A stretch of DNA of 64,000 nucleotides from Deltaproteobacteria bacterium (GTDB lineage Bacteria; Desulfobacterota; Binatia; Binatales; Binataceae): NCBI GenBank assembly GCA_021801125.1, contig JAJYYI010000127.1:3835-67834 (forward strand), read 5' to 3'. The position numbers and the translations under genes were made by a program. The notes below the pieces were generated by a model, which was not told where the DNA came from, ran no database searches, and saw only the letters and a program-made list of their open reading frames with translations. Positions 21,579 to 31,871 of this stretch are shown one piece after another (position 1 is the stretch's first letter; each line of letters starts with the position of its first letter).

Positions 21579-22880
21579 ATGAAGGTTTTGGTTATCGGAG
21601 GAGACGGCTATCTTGGGTGGCCGCAGGTAATGCATCTATCCGCAAACGGGCATTACGTCGGTATCGTCGACAACTTTGTCCGCCGCGCCTTGGACGTGGA
21701 ATGCGGCACCGAAAGTTTAATACCCATCTACCCGCTGGAGACACGCATAGCCACCTGGGAGGAGATTTCCGGCAATCGTATAGAATCGTTTGTCGGCGAC
21801 ATTACGAATTTTGATTTCTTGACCAACGCCATCAGATCATTCGAGCCGGACGCGATCGTCCATTACGGCGAACAGCGAAGCGCGCCCTATTCGATGGTGA
21901 ACCACGACCACGCGCTCTTCACGCAAATCAACAACGTAGTTGGTACGCTGAATATCCTATACGCACTGAAGGAACATCGTCCGGAATGTCACCTCGTGAA
22001 GCTCGGGACGATGGGGGAGTACGGAACGCCGAACATAGATATTGAAGAAGGCTTTATCGAGATTTCTCACAATGGTCGCCGAGACGTCCTGCCCTATCCC
22101 AAGCAACCGGGCTCCTTTTATCATTTGTCCAAAGTCCACGACTCGCACAATATCATGTTTGCTTGCAGGGTCTGGGGGCTGCGTTCGACCGACCTCAATC
22201 AGGGAGTCGTCTATGGAGTGGAAACGCCGCAAACCGTCCTGGACGAACGGCTGGCCACCCGCTTCGATTACGACGGGATCTGGGGCACGGTGCTAAACCG
22301 TTATTGCGTCGAGGCGGTCATCCATCATCCGCTGACGGTTTTCGGCGAGGGCGAGCAAACGCGCGGCTTCCTGGATATACGGGATACGATGCGCTGCGTG
22401 GAACTTGCCATCCTCAATCCCCCCGCACTCGGAGAGTACCGCGTGTTCAACCAATTTACGGAACAGTTCACAGTCAGGGAACTCGCCGAGTTGGTTCGAC
22501 AAACGGCCCATAAGAAGGGACTCCCTGCCCGGATCGTCAGAGAAAAGAACCCCCGCGTCGAACAGGAAGTGCATTATTACAACGCCAAGCACGTCCGTTT
22601 GATTGATCTAGGCCTGGAGCCTCACTGCCTGACCGACACGTTGGTTGATTCGATGCTAGACAAGATCAGCGAGTACAAGCACCGCGTGCGCGTGGAAACG
22701 ATCCCGTCGCTCGTCAACTGGCGCATGACCAACAATCCGACGAGGTATATCGCTCCTTCCAGGCGACACGCTGAACAAGCTGCTGGCGCTAAGCTGCCTT
22801 CGGAAGGCGACCTCGGTTCGGTCGTATCTGCTCATCTGAGGAAACAGATCCTGAATTCTCGCGATGGGAAGGTTGGTTAA
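21579..22880 (+). CDS. sqdB: UDP-sulfoquinovose synthase (SQD1/SqdB).
   Basis: Near-colinear similarity to plant SQD1 that I recall: VLVIGGDGYLGW, FGEQRSAPYSM, HLVKLGTMGEYGTPNIDIEEGF, LPYPKQPGSFYHLSKVHDSHNI, DLNQGVVYGV, HPLTVFGEGEQTRGFLDIRDT, FRVFNQFTEQF, PRVEQEVHYYNAKH. Confidence 0.9.
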   Translation: MKVLVIGGDGYLGWPQVMHLSANGHYVGIVDNFVRRALDVECGTESLIPIYPLETRIATWEEISGNRIESFVGDITNFDFLTNAIRSFEPDAIVHYGEQRSAPYSMVNHDHALFTQINNVVGTLNILYALKEHRPECHLVKLGTMGEYGTPNIDIEEGFIEISHNGRRDVLPYPKQPGSFYHLSKVHDSHNIMFACRVWGLRSTDLNQGVVYGVETPQTVLDERLATRFDYDGIWGTVLNRYCVEAVIHHPLTVFGEGEQTRGFLDIRDTMRCVELAILNPPALGEYRVFNQFTEQFTVRELAELVRQTAHKKGLPARIVREKNPRVEQEVHYYNAKHVRLIDLGLEPHCLTDTLVDSMLDKISEYKHRVRVETIPSLVNWRMTNNPTRYIAPSRRHAEQAAGAKLPSEGDLGSVVSAHLRKQILNSRDGKVG

Positions 22881-23078
22881 TCGTCGCAAGGCTCACGCTA
22901 CGGGCATCGGGCGACGCAAAGGTTCCCATTCCTTTATGCACTGCGCAATCGGTGCGACTCCTTGTTTGACATTGGAAAGCTGCTCTTCCGTCCTCGCGTC
23001 GAGAGCGACGACGATCGGTTGGTTGATGAATTCCGTGCGGCACTATTCGAACGAAGTTCCGTCGCAATCCAAGTCTAA

Positions 23079-24236
23079 ATGGAACCCTTTCGCGAACTAA
23101 TCTTATTTTGCGTTTTCGTATCAACGATCTATTACGTGATAACGTGCATTACGGGCATTCTATTCGCCCGCCAAGCCGTTTCGCCCTTACCACCCCTTCC
23201 TGATCCGCCGCCTCACGCTCTCGTGCTTCGTCCGCTTCACGGCTACAGCGAAAATATGCTGTGTAACGCGCGCAGCCTTCTAGAGTTGGACTATCTGAAC
23301 AAAACGACCATTTTCGGAGCGACCTCAGAAAAGGACGGTTCAACACAGATCGTGAGGGCCCTGACGCAGGAGCAGCCGTCCGCCAACGTGATCGGAACCG
23401 TAGGCCAGGCGGAAGCGGGCAACCCCAAGATGGGCAAGCTCATTTCGATGCTGCGTGATGCACCGGACGCCGACGTGATCGTCATGCTTGACGCGGACGG
23501 GAGAGTTGCGCCGAACCTTCTTCGCCGCGTCATCGGCGAGCTCTACGAAGATGACGGCGTCGGCGCCGTGACCTGTATATTTTCCGGCACGCCCGGCAGG
23601 CGGGAGATAGGAGCGCATCTCGAGGCGCTTTTAATCAACACGGACTTTGCGCCGACGGCGATGCTGTCAAAATTCATCGAGCCCACCCGCTACGCCTTTG
23701 CCGCCTGCATCGCAATCAAGAGAAATGTGCTTCGCGCGATAGGCGGGATCGAAGCGCTCCGAGACAACTTCGGAGACGACATCGTCTTGGGTTACAAGGT
23801 TGCGGCGGCGGGCTATAGAGTCAGAATCTCGAACGCGCTGGTCACCACGATAACCGAGGAAAAAACTCTGGTCGACTTTCTGCGTCATCAAATCCGCAGT
23901 TGGCGCGTGGATCGCCGACTGCGTCCGATAAGCCTTGGACGAATCCTTATCAATGGATGCTTCTGGGCAGTGATGCTGCTGCTCTTTTCGGGGCTGCATG
24001 CGGGCTCGGTGACGCTGGCCGCGCTCGTCGTCGGCGTTCGGCTCGCCACCAGCATCGCCATCATCAGGAATGTGCTTGGGGTACCGCTGGAAAAAAGAGA
24101 CTTGTTTCTCATACCGTTTAAGGATCTGCTGATGGCCGGAGTTTGGGGGGCGAGCCTTTTCGGCAACACGGTGCGATGGAGCGGACGGCGTTTACGTTTG
24201 GGAGCGAACGGAAAGATGCAGCAGGTAGAGTGTTAG
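23079..24236 (+). CDS. Membrane glycosyltransferase, family 2 (GT21 / ceramide-glucosyltransferase-like, also HpnI-like).
   Basis: N-terminal TM segment, LRPLHG, the D-containing VMLDADG, a Q..RSWRV (QxxRW-like) motif and C-terminal TM helices. Same strand, 200 nt after sqdB. Confidence 0.75.
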   Translation: MEPFRELILFCVFVSTIYYVITCITGILFARQAVSPLPPLPDPPPHALVLRPLHGYSENMLCNARSLLELDYLNKTTIFGATSEKDGSTQIVRALTQEQPSANVIGTVGQAEAGNPKMGKLISMLRDAPDADVIVMLDADGRVAPNLLRRVIGELYEDDGVGAVTCIFSGTPGRREIGAHLEALLINTDFAPTAMLSKFIEPTRYAFAACIAIKRNVLRAIGGIEALRDNFGDDIVLGYKVAAAGYRVRISNALVTTITEEKTLVDFLRHQIRSWRVDRRLRPISLGRILINGCFWAVMLLLFSGLHAGSVTLAALVVGVRLATSIAIIRNVLGVPLEKRDLFLIPFKDLLMAGVWGASLFGNTVRWSGRRLRLGANGKMQQVEC

Positions 24237-24359
24237 GCGGCGCGATCCCCGGGACGCGTTGGCGCCGCGTTGTGAGCCTTTTAGCAGCCGACTCGATCGT
24301 GCGCGCTCAACGGAAACCTGAAAGCTCGCCACGTCTTCCATCTCTCAAGGCTGCGAACG

Positions 24360-24407
24360 CGCGCCCTAGAGGCGTTGCGAACGCCTCTAGGGCGCGGCTG
24401 GATTTTT
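24360..24407 (+). terminator. Perfect 17-bp palindrome CGCGCCCTAGAGGCGTT-gcg-AACGCCTCTAGGGCGCG followed by CTGGATTTTTG. Intrinsic terminator after the sqdB/GT2 unit.
   Basis: Read directly. It sits in the GT2-ferredoxin intergenic region. Confidence 0.55.
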
Positions 24408-24559
24408 GCGGCAAACGGAGGTCCGGCGCGGCGGTCTTGACTAACCATGCTGTCGCGGCTTCCAATTGCCCGTAGACACGACTCGAAGGCTCATCAAGGC
24501 GAGAGCCAGGTCGAAGATCGGCGGCGCTACGACCTGGCAAGCTTTGCAGGCGGTAGAGG

Positions 24560-24895
24560 ATGGCAACTTTAATTACTGAGGAGTGCATCAACTGCGGGGC
24601 GTGCGAGCGTGAATGCCCCAATCACGCAATCTACGAAGGCGGCAAGGCCTGGGAGCTGAACGGCGGCAGCGGAACGCCGCTTAAAGAGGACATCTACTAC
24701 ATAGTTCCCGACAAGTGCACCGAGTGCGTCGGCTTCTTCCCGCGCGAGCAGTGCGCCGTGGTTTGTCCGGTCGATTGTTGCGTGCCCGACCCCAACATTC
24801 CTGAGACGGAGGGCGTGTTGATCGAACGCGCGAAAACACTCCATCCGGAGCTGACCTTCGACGGCGATTTTCCTTCGCGCTTTCGTAAATCCTGA
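24560..24895 (+). CDS. 4Fe-4S dicluster ferredoxin (YfhL-like).
   Basis: CINCGACERECP and CTECVGFFPREQCAVVCPVDCC. Confidence 0.8.
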   Translation: MATLITEECINCGACERECPNHAIYEGGKAWELNGGSGTPLKEDIYYIVPDKCTECVGFFPREQCAVVCPVDCCVPDPNIPETEGVLIERAKTLHPELTFDGDFPSRFRKS

Positions 24896-25114
24896 ACGAA
24901 GCTCCGGATTGGCGCTGGAGTCGGTTGACCGCATCCTCAACCGATACCGTGCGCATCAAAATGCCGGAAGATGTTCGCGCCCGTGGCCACAAACGCTTGG
25001 CGACGCGCGGTCCGCGCAACCCGCGTCGAGCCCTTCGCAGCGGCGCGCCGTGGCGGCTCGATTCGCCCCACCCCTATGCGCGCGGCTTTGCTCCAGTGCC
25101 GGTCGCCACGTAAA

Positions 25115-26332
25115 ATGATTGCCGTGCGATTAAAGGACCGAACTATCGTGGTCGGCGTGACCGCGAGCATCGCCGCCTACAAGGCTGCGGAGTTGGTTCG
25201 CGTGCTCGTTGCGCGTGGCGCCAAAGTCAAGGTGATGATCACGCGAGGCGCCGCAGAGTTCATCGCGCCGCTCACGTTCCAAACGCTAAGCGGAAGCCCC
25301 GTCGCTTCCGACCTCTTCAGCCTTACTCAAGAGTCGGAAATAGGCCATATTCGACTGGCCGACATGGCCGACGCTATCGTTATCGCGCCGGCCAGCGCCG
25401 ATTTCATCGCCAAGGTCGCGCTGGGACTGGCTGATGACTTGCCGAGCACCGTGCTGCTCGCGACCCGATGTCCCGTCGCTTTCGCACCCGCGATGAACGT
25501 GCATATGTATCAGCACCCTGCGACGACCGAGAACTTAAATCGCCTGCGGGCTCGCGGCTGCGCGATTATCGAGCCCGAGCAAGGCTCGCTTGCTTGCGGA
25601 TACGAGGGAGTGGGACGGCTCGCTGAGCCAGCCGACATCGCCGACGAAGTCGAGCGCCTGGTCTGCGCGCGAGACCTGGCCGGCGAGCGCATATTGATCA
25701 CCGCCGGTCCCACGCAGGAGCCGATAGATCCGGTGCGCTTCGTATCTAATCGCTCGTCGGGCAAGATGGGATTCGCATTGGCGCGGGCCGCCTGGATGCG
25801 CGGCGCTGATGTGCGTCTGGTGGCAGGGCCTAGCGCGCAGCGCGCCGCGCGATCGGTCGAGCGGTTCGACGTGCGTCAAGCGAGCGAGATGCTGGATTTG
25901 ACGGCGCGAAACTTTCCTTGGTGCACCACGTTGATCATGGCTGCCGCGGTGGCTGATTTCCGCCCCACCAAGCCGGCTGCGCGAAAAATAAAAAAACGAG
26001 CTGACGGCCTGACGCTTACGCTGGAGCCGATCGCGGATGAGTTGCCTAATCTAGCCCAAAAAAAGGGCGCGCGGCTCATGGTGGGCTTCGCCGCCGAGAC
26101 CGACTCGTTGCGCGAAAACGCGCTTAAGAAACTGCGCGAAAAAAATCTCGACTTGATAGTAGGCAACGACGTGTCGCAGCAAGGCGCCGGCTTCGGCACA
26201 GACACTAATATCGTGACTATCACAGACCGCGAAGGGCTCACCGAGAATTATCCGATGATGTCTAAAGACGACGTCGCGCACGTAATCCTCGACTGGGTAG
26301 TTCGGATGCGTCGGGCTAGAGAAGGGCCGTAG
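25115..26332 (+). CDS. coaBC: Bifunctional phosphopantothenoylcysteine decarboxylase / phosphopantothenate-cysteine ligase.
   Basis: Conserved start [24 protein letters not shown] at 25115; the track ORF has a 48-aa extension. The flavoprotein N-domain and CoaB C-domain (GKMGFALA) are present. Confidence 0.9.
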   Translation: MIAVRLKDRTIVVGVTASIAAYKAAELVRVLVARGAKVKVMITRGAAEFIAPLTFQTLSGSPVASDLFSLTQESEIGHIRLADMADAIVIAPASADFIAKVALGLADDLPSTVLLATRCPVAFAPAMNVHMYQHPATTENLNRLRARGCAIIEPEQGSLACGYEGVGRLAEPADIADEVERLVCARDLAGERILITAGPTQEPIDPVRFVSNRSSGKMGFALARAAWMRGADVRLVAGPSAQRAARSVERFDVRQASEMLDLTARNFPWCTTLIMAAAVADFRPTKPAARKIKKRADGLTLTLEPIADELPNLAQKKGARLMVGFAAETDSLRENALKKLREKNLDLIVGNDVSQQGAGFGTDTNIVTITDREGLTENYPMMSKDDVAHVILDWVVRMRRAREGP

Positions 26333-26439
26333 GCGCCGGTTGCCTCGTCGTCGGCCTGAACGCGGCCATAGCCAACCGCTTCGCACGAAGCTTGCCGGCG
26401 TCAACGCGGCCGGTCGTTCCCACCCCTCGGAGGAATCGC

Positions 26440-27600
26440 ATGGGCAAGGTTGCCAGACATCTCGACACGCTCCTCGTACACGCCGGTGAGCCCTCCCCGC
26501 TCATCGAAGGCGCCGTCGGTATCCCGATCTTCCAGTCGTCGACTTACCAATACCGGGGCGAGTCGAGTCACGACACGGCTCGTTATGTGCGGCTTAGCAA
26601 CACTCCGAATCATATCGCGCTGCATCGCAAACTAGCCGCCGTCGAGAACGCTGAAGCGGCCCTCGTGACGGCTTCAGGGATGGCAGCGATTTCGACCACT
26701 CTGCTCGCGCTACTGCGTCCGGGCGATCATATCCTGGCGCAAGATTGTCTCTACGGCGGCACTCACGCCCTGATGTTCGCGGAGTTTCCGCGCTTGAACA
26801 TCGAAGTTGACCTTATCGATGGCGACGCCCCGACTTCGTGGGCGGCGCGAGTTAAGTCGAACACGCGGGCGATCTACGTGGAGACTATATCGAATCCGCT
26901 GATGCAGGTGCCCGACCTCAAGGCCGTTGCGAGTTTCGCGCGCGAACGACGACTGATTTCGATAATCGATAACACCTTCGCCAGCCCGGTTAACTTCCGC
27001 CCCGCAGAGCACGGCTTTGATCTTTCGCTGCATAGTGCCACAAAGTACCTTAACGGCCATTCAGACGTCGTCGCGGGCGCGGTCATCGGCCACGCGGCCC
27101 TGGTTGAGAGGATCAGTCACCTGCTGACTCGTCTCGGCGGCTCGCTCGATCCACATGCCTGTTTTCTGGTGCATCGCGGGATGAAGACGCTGGGCGTGCG
27201 CATGCGCCATCAAAATGAAGCTGCCCTGCGCATCGCGCGTTTTCTTGAGCAGCATCCAAAGGTGGCCACAGTGAACTATCCCGGGCTTGAGAACCACCCC
27301 CGCCATCAACGAGCACGCGAGCTTTTCGACGGTTTCGGCGGGATGCTTTCGTTCGAAATCAAAGGCGGCGTTGAAGTCGCCGATCGCTTTTTAAGCAAAT
27401 TGGCACTGCCCATCTGCGCACCCAGCCTGGGTGGCGTGGAGAGCCTTATCACGCGACCCGCGACCACCTCGCACGCGGCCATGCCCGAGGCGGACCGGCA
27501 GCGCGCCGGTATCACCAACAGCCTGATTCGCTTTTCGGTCGGCCTGGAAGCCGCGGAAGACCTAATTGACGACTTCGCGAAAGCCCTGGCCGCTTGCTGA
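26440..27600 (+). CDS. PLP-dependent transsulfuration enzyme (cystathionine gamma-synthase / beta-lyase / methionine gamma-lyase family).
   Basis: MGKVARHLDTLLVHAG...SATKYLNGHSDVVAG (PLP-binding Lys)...SLGGVESLI. GGAGG lies 7 nt upstream of the ATG at 26440. Confidence 0.8.
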   Translation: MGKVARHLDTLLVHAGEPSPLIEGAVGIPIFQSSTYQYRGESSHDTARYVRLSNTPNHIALHRKLAAVENAEAALVTASGMAAISTTLLALLRPGDHILAQDCLYGGTHALMFAEFPRLNIEVDLIDGDAPTSWAARVKSNTRAIYVETISNPLMQVPDLKAVASFARERRLISIIDNTFASPVNFRPAEHGFDLSLHSATKYLNGHSDVVAGAVIGHAALVERISHLLTRLGGSLDPHACFLVHRGMKTLGVRMRHQNEAALRIARFLEQHPKVATVNYPGLENHPRHQRARELFDGFGGMLSFEIKGGVEVADRFLSKLALPICAPSLGGVESLITRPATTSHAAMPEADRQRAGITNSLIRFSVGLEAAEDLIDDFAKALAAC

Positions 27601-27833
27601 TCAGAGGTCATCTAACGTTTCCTTACCTAGGCGGGCATCGGCCGATACACCTTCTCGTACCGTCGGCGAACCGCTATGCTTCGCAGCACAAGGCATCGCA
27701 TAGCCGCTCAAGGCGCACCGCCCGCGAGTCGCATCAAGCCGCTGAAGCCATTAAGCGGTTGCTCATTCCCGATCGGCCCGACGATTTTTTCGAAGCGTTG
27801 AATTAAAAATAAAGTACTAAGTCATTTGTGGGT

Positions 27834-29033
27834 ATGAAGATCGGGATCAATCTGTTAGGTCTGCGGCCGGCAATGATAGGCGGTGTGGAGACCTACATCC
27901 GCGGTCTTCTAGCAGGGTTGTGCCACGTCGACCATGATAACGAATACGTAATTTTTGCCAACCGCGACAACTATGCAACGTTTAGCGGCCTTGCCGAGAA
28001 CTTTCGGCTGGAACGATGCGAGTTCGCAGCGGGTTGGAGACCGTGGTCGCTATTTGTGACGCGTGTGCTAGGAGAACAGCTTTACCTCACTTGGCGCGCG
28101 GCGCGCGAGCAACTGGACGTGCTGCACTCCCCGCTGGACACGATCAGTCTGTTCGCCCCTTGCGCGACCGCGATGACGCTGCACGACATCAATTTCGACG
28201 CTGTTCCCGAGGCCACCACGGCCTTCCGCCGCCGGCTCGCTCGCATTTTGGTGAAGGCTTGCGCGCGCCACGCCACGGTTGTCTTAACCGTTAGCGAGTT
28301 CAGCCGGCGCGAGATTGTGCGCGAAATGGGCCTTGCGCCGGAACGCGTCAAGGTGACTTACAACGCTTCCGGAAGGGACAGGAGCGCCAGCGAGAATTAC
28401 TGGCCTGGATTGGCGCGCAAAATCAATCTGAGGCTGCCGTACATAATCGCTCTTAGTAGCCTTAACCCGCACAAGAATCTGGGCAGCCTGATCGCCGCCT
28501 TTGCCCGCCTGCGACCGGAGGGTCGTTGGCAATTGGTGGTAGTCGGCCATCTTCCGACGCGCGGCGTCTGCCTGCGTGAGTTGGCTCTCAGCTATGGGGT
28601 CGAACGCGCGGTGACCTTCACTGGCTACTTGAGCGACGGGGAACTGACTCTGGCGCTGAGGCACGCTCGGATGTTGGCATTCCCGTCGCTATACGAGGGA
28701 TTCGGCATACCGGTCATCGAGGCCATGAGCCTGGGAGTTCCGGTCGCGTGCTCGAACGCCGCAGCGCTGCCGGAAGTGACTGGCGGAGCGGCCCTGATGT
28801 TCAACCCGCGGGATCCCGCGGCAATCGCCTCGGCGATAAGCCGCCTGCTCACCGACGAGCGTCTGCGCGAGCGCCTGATCGCCGCCGGCTATAAGAACGC
28901 TCGACGCTTTTCCTGGTCGCGCACCTCCGAGCAAACGCTGGCCGCCTACCGCTACGCCTACGCGGCAAAAAATCGGCGCAGCCTACCTGTGGATCCTGCC
29001 GCTGCGCCAAGCCATCAGATGCAAGAACTGTGA
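27834..29033 (+). CDS. Glycosyltransferase family 4 (GT-B fold).
   Basis: EGFGIPVIEAMSLGVPV (E-x7-E motif region). An AT-rich promoter-like stretch lies upstream. Confidence 0.8.
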   Translation: MKIGINLLGLRPAMIGGVETYIRGLLAGLCHVDHDNEYVIFANRDNYATFSGLAENFRLERCEFAAGWRPWSLFVTRVLGEQLYLTWRAAREQLDVLHSPLDTISLFAPCATAMTLHDINFDAVPEATTAFRRRLARILVKACARHATVVLTVSEFSRREIVREMGLAPERVKVTYNASGRDRSASENYWPGLARKINLRLPYIIALSSLNPHKNLGSLIAAFARLRPEGRWQLVVVGHLPTRGVCLRELALSYGVERAVTFTGYLSDGELTLALRHARMLAFPSLYEGFGIPVIEAMSLGVPVACSNAAALPEVTGGAALMFNPRDPAAIASAISRLLTDERLRERLIAAGYKNARRFSWSRTSEQTLAAYRYAYAAKNRRSLPVDPAAAPSHQMQEL

Positions 29034-29202
29034 CCCCTGAGGCGGGGAAACTACCGCCCAGCTCTCGGGCAAGCGGCAAGGCTTGAACGAGCGAGTGCGA
29101 GGTTCTCGTCAAGTCAACGGGCTTCCTTGAGCTTCAAAACGAACGTCCGACCTCGCGGGATCCTCGCTTCAAAACTGGCCTTTCCACGAAAGAGGCGTAG
29201 CC

Positions 29203-30798
29203 TCACGGTCGACCGCCAGCTAGAAATCCACGCGAGCGCAGTGTTGGGCCGCCGTTGGACATCCGCTTGACCTGCATCGGTTGGCCCTTGCCGCAATTGG
29301 GAATGGCGAACAGGCGAAGATCGTTGCCAGCCCCGTCCACGTTGAGAAAGAACCGTTTGCTGTCGGCGACCAGGCTGCCGGAGCGGTAGAGGCGGCCCAA
29401 GCGGCCGTGATCTATCTCGTAAACGCGGCGCGCCGAGATGCGGAAGTTTTCTCGTGACTCGGCAATGGACGGAATCATATGGCCGCACACGTAAAAACCT
29501 CGGTCAACCTCGCTTATGAGGTCTTCCGGTTTTTGCTCGCCGGCCATGAAGAACGTGTTTGACATTCTTATCAGCGGAACGAACCAAGCCTCGGTGGCAC
29601 GGACCGAGCCGTTAGCTCGCGCACCGAGGACCGCGGCGGTTGCTCGCGAGTGCAGAAAGTCGCGAAAAACGCCGCGCTCGATATGGACGGCGCGCTGGCC
29701 GGGCACGCCCTCGGCGTCGTAGCAGTAATGGCCGTAGGCTGGCAGCGTCGGGTCCGAGCAAGCCGAAACGAACCGCGAGCCGACGACCTGTCCTACCGCG
29801 TTGTCCTTAAGCGAACGTAAGAACCAGCTTCGACCGGCGTAGGCCGCTTCGCTCTTGAGCGCGCGGTCGGCTTCGCAAGGATGACCGACGATCTCATGCA
29901 CCAGGAGAGCGTTAAAATGCGGATCGGTTACCACGGTGACCTCGCCCTGGGGAGGCTTGAGGACCGGCGCTCGAGCAAGCTCGGTTGCCTCCTTGCCGAG
30001 CGAGGTGGCAAAGGTTGCCAAGTCCGGATTCGGCATCGGTCCCTCGGCCCAGCCTTGAAGCAGGCACTCTAGTCCCCGTTGTTGGCCGATCGTGTCATAA
30101 ATCTCCTGCACGCCGGAGCTGGCTTGCGCCACGACGTAACAGTCGCCTTGAGAGAAGGCGAAGGCCTGGGAAATCACCGTTCCCTCGCTGTCGAGAAATA
30201 GTTCATGGCGAAGCTCGGTGAGCACCGAGATTGAGTTGAAGGCGATGGAACAGCCGAGGCCGGCAGCGCTCGCCGAGGCATGGCGGCTCAATTCGCGCAC
30301 GGCTTTGCCGCCTACGACCAGCGGATCAAGCCGGAACACCGCGGGTAGTTCAGCCCGAACGGCCCTTGGGCCAGGCTCGGCCAAGTCAATCGAGCCTCGC
30401 GACGTCCCACTACCAAGCACTGAGCGGCGTTTGCGCTCCGTGGCGTCGATCGCAGCTCGCTCGTAAGCTTCCTCGAACCCGCCACTTAGCGCCGTCAAGA
30501 GTTGCTGCGGGCGGCCTGCCAGACGTCCCACCATCGCTCCGTACTGGCCACGGCCAAAAACCCTTTGGTCACGGTTATGAAGCACGTTCAGGCCGAAGCC
30601 CGCGTTCTCGCTTTCGGCGCTGCGCCGAACGATGCCGTCCTCGGCTTGCGCGCTAACCCTGAACGTCGCCTCAAAGCGCAACTCGGCGTGGGCCGCGCGC
30701 CGGCGTTTTACGATGGCGGCAAGCCAGTTCAGCCCCTCAGTCTTTAAGAACTCTATTGCTGCGAAGACATCCGTCGATTCCATGGTCGGTTTCATCAA
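29203..30798 (-). CDS. TldD/PmbA family metalloprotease.
   Basis: 531 aa with HEIVGH-type metal site and a Gly-rich C-terminal region. No partner pmbA gene is adjacent. Confidence 0.75.
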   Translation of the reverse strand: MMKPTMESTDVFAAIEFLKTEGLNWLAAIVKRRRAAHAELRFEATFRVSAQAEDGIVRRSAESENAGFGLNVLHNRDQRVFGRGQYGAMVGRLAGRPQQLLTALSGGFEEAYERAAIDATERKRRSVLGSGTSRGSIDLAEPGPRAVRAELPAVFRLDPLVVGGKAVRELSRHASASAAGLGCSIAFNSISVLTELRHELFLDSEGTVISQAFAFSQGDCYVVAQASSGVQEIYDTIGQQRGLECLLQGWAEGPMPNPDLATFATSLGKEATELARAPVLKPPQGEVTVVTDPHFNALLVHEIVGHPCEADRALKSEAAYAGRSWFLRSLKDNAVGQVVGSRFVSACSDPTLPAYGHYCYDAEGVPGQRAVHIERGVFRDFLHSRATAAVLGARANGSVRATEAWFVPLIRMSNTFFMAGEQKPEDLISEVDRGFYVCGHMIPSIAESRENFRISARRVYEIDHGRLGRLYRSGSLVADSKRFFLNVDGAGNDLRLFAIPNCGKGQPMQVKRMSNGGPTLRSRGFLAGGRP

Positions 30799-30999
30799 AG
30801 TGCAACCCTTTGCAGCATTAATCCCTAAAGCATTTTATATAGGCGTGATTCACGACCTTGGCCCTATCCGAAGCTCTCGGCCGGCCTTCTGCGATTGCTC
30901 TTGAATAAGATTCGACTCTGAAGCGTTCGTTCTTTTATCTTGATGGCGGCTTCTCCTAATCCTAGATTTCACATCAACGCTTATTTAAGGAGAGGCAAC

Positions 31000-31839
31000 A
31001 TGCAAGAAGCAACGGACTCTCTGATTGCCCGGCGAGATCTGCTTCGGATCGGGGCGCTTGCCGGTGTTGGCATGGCAACCCTGCTCGGAGGGCTTGGTGT
31101 CAGGCAGCCCCGGGCCCAAGGGATATCCAGTTACTGCAACTCATTCGGCAAAGCCGTCGGCCCCCACGACGCGTTGCAAGCGCTGATTGACGGGAATAAG
31201 CGCTGGGCAACGGGGATGCAAACACATCCGGGGGAAGATCCCTCGCAACGTGAGTGCAATGCCGAACACTTTCAGACGCCGTTCGCGGCGATTCTGTCGT
31301 GCGTCGATTCACGGGTTCCTCCGGCATTGATCTTCGATTGGGGCATCGGCGACCTGTTCGTGGCCCGCGTCGCCGGCAACAGCGTGGTGCCAATTCTCGA
31401 GGATAGCCTCAGATATGGCACAGAGAGCTTGGGGGCAGCGGTGCTGTTCGTTCTGGGCCATACTGCTTGCGGCGCTATCTCGGCTGCCGTCGATTATTAT
31501 TTACGGCAGCTTGCCGATAATCCTTACGAAGAGTCCATCCCCGAGTTTGCCCCTGCCGACCCCAGTTCGAAGGATTCCGGGGCCCCATCACCTGAATACG
31601 CATTCATACCGCCGATATTGCCAGCGGTTAAGGTCGCGCGCAGAATCGTTAAACAGCAGGGTGGCGACCCGAATGATCCCACGCAGGTGATTCCAGTCGC
31701 AACGAACCAACACGTTATTCTAACGGTTGAATACTTGAGTTCGCGGCCGCCTTTTCGGAGGCTAGTTAAGGACGACAAGCTTCTGGTCAAGGGTGGCGTA
31801 TACGATATAGGTACCTATTGGGTCACCGTTTTGATTTAG
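31000..31839 (+). CDS. Beta-class carbonic anhydrase with a Tat signal.
   Basis: Probable start MQEATDSLIARRDLLRIGALAGVG (twin-arginine) after AGGAGAGG. Zinc ligands CVDSR ... HTACG. Confidence 0.85.
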   Translation: MQEATDSLIARRDLLRIGALAGVGMATLLGGLGVRQPRAQGISSYCNSFGKAVGPHDALQALIDGNKRWATGMQTHPGEDPSQRECNAEHFQTPFAAILSCVDSRVPPALIFDWGIGDLFVARVAGNSVVPILEDSLRYGTESLGAAVLFVLGHTACGAISAAVDYYLRQLADNPYEESIPEFAPADPSSKDSGAPSPEYAFIPPILPAVKVARRIVKQQGGDPNDPTQVIPVATNQHVILTVEYLSSRPPFRRLVKDDKLLVKGGVYDIGTYWVTVLI

Positions 31840-31871
31840 CGCGTCGACAAGGAGGGGGGGGCCTCAAACCG

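Noticed and set aside
26340-26440. Possible SAM-responsive riboswitch upstream of the transsulfuration PLP enzyme.
   Set aside because: Only two short GC hairpins are visible. I cannot recognise SAM-I or SAM-II consensus elements by eye. An Infernal scan is needed.
27828-29033. The GT4 glycosyltransferase as an SqdX ortholog completing a canonical sulfolipid pathway.
   Set aside because: It shows only generic GT4 E-x7-E features. It lies ~5 kb from sqdB, beyond a terminator and three unrelated genes. There is no specific resemblance to SqdX.
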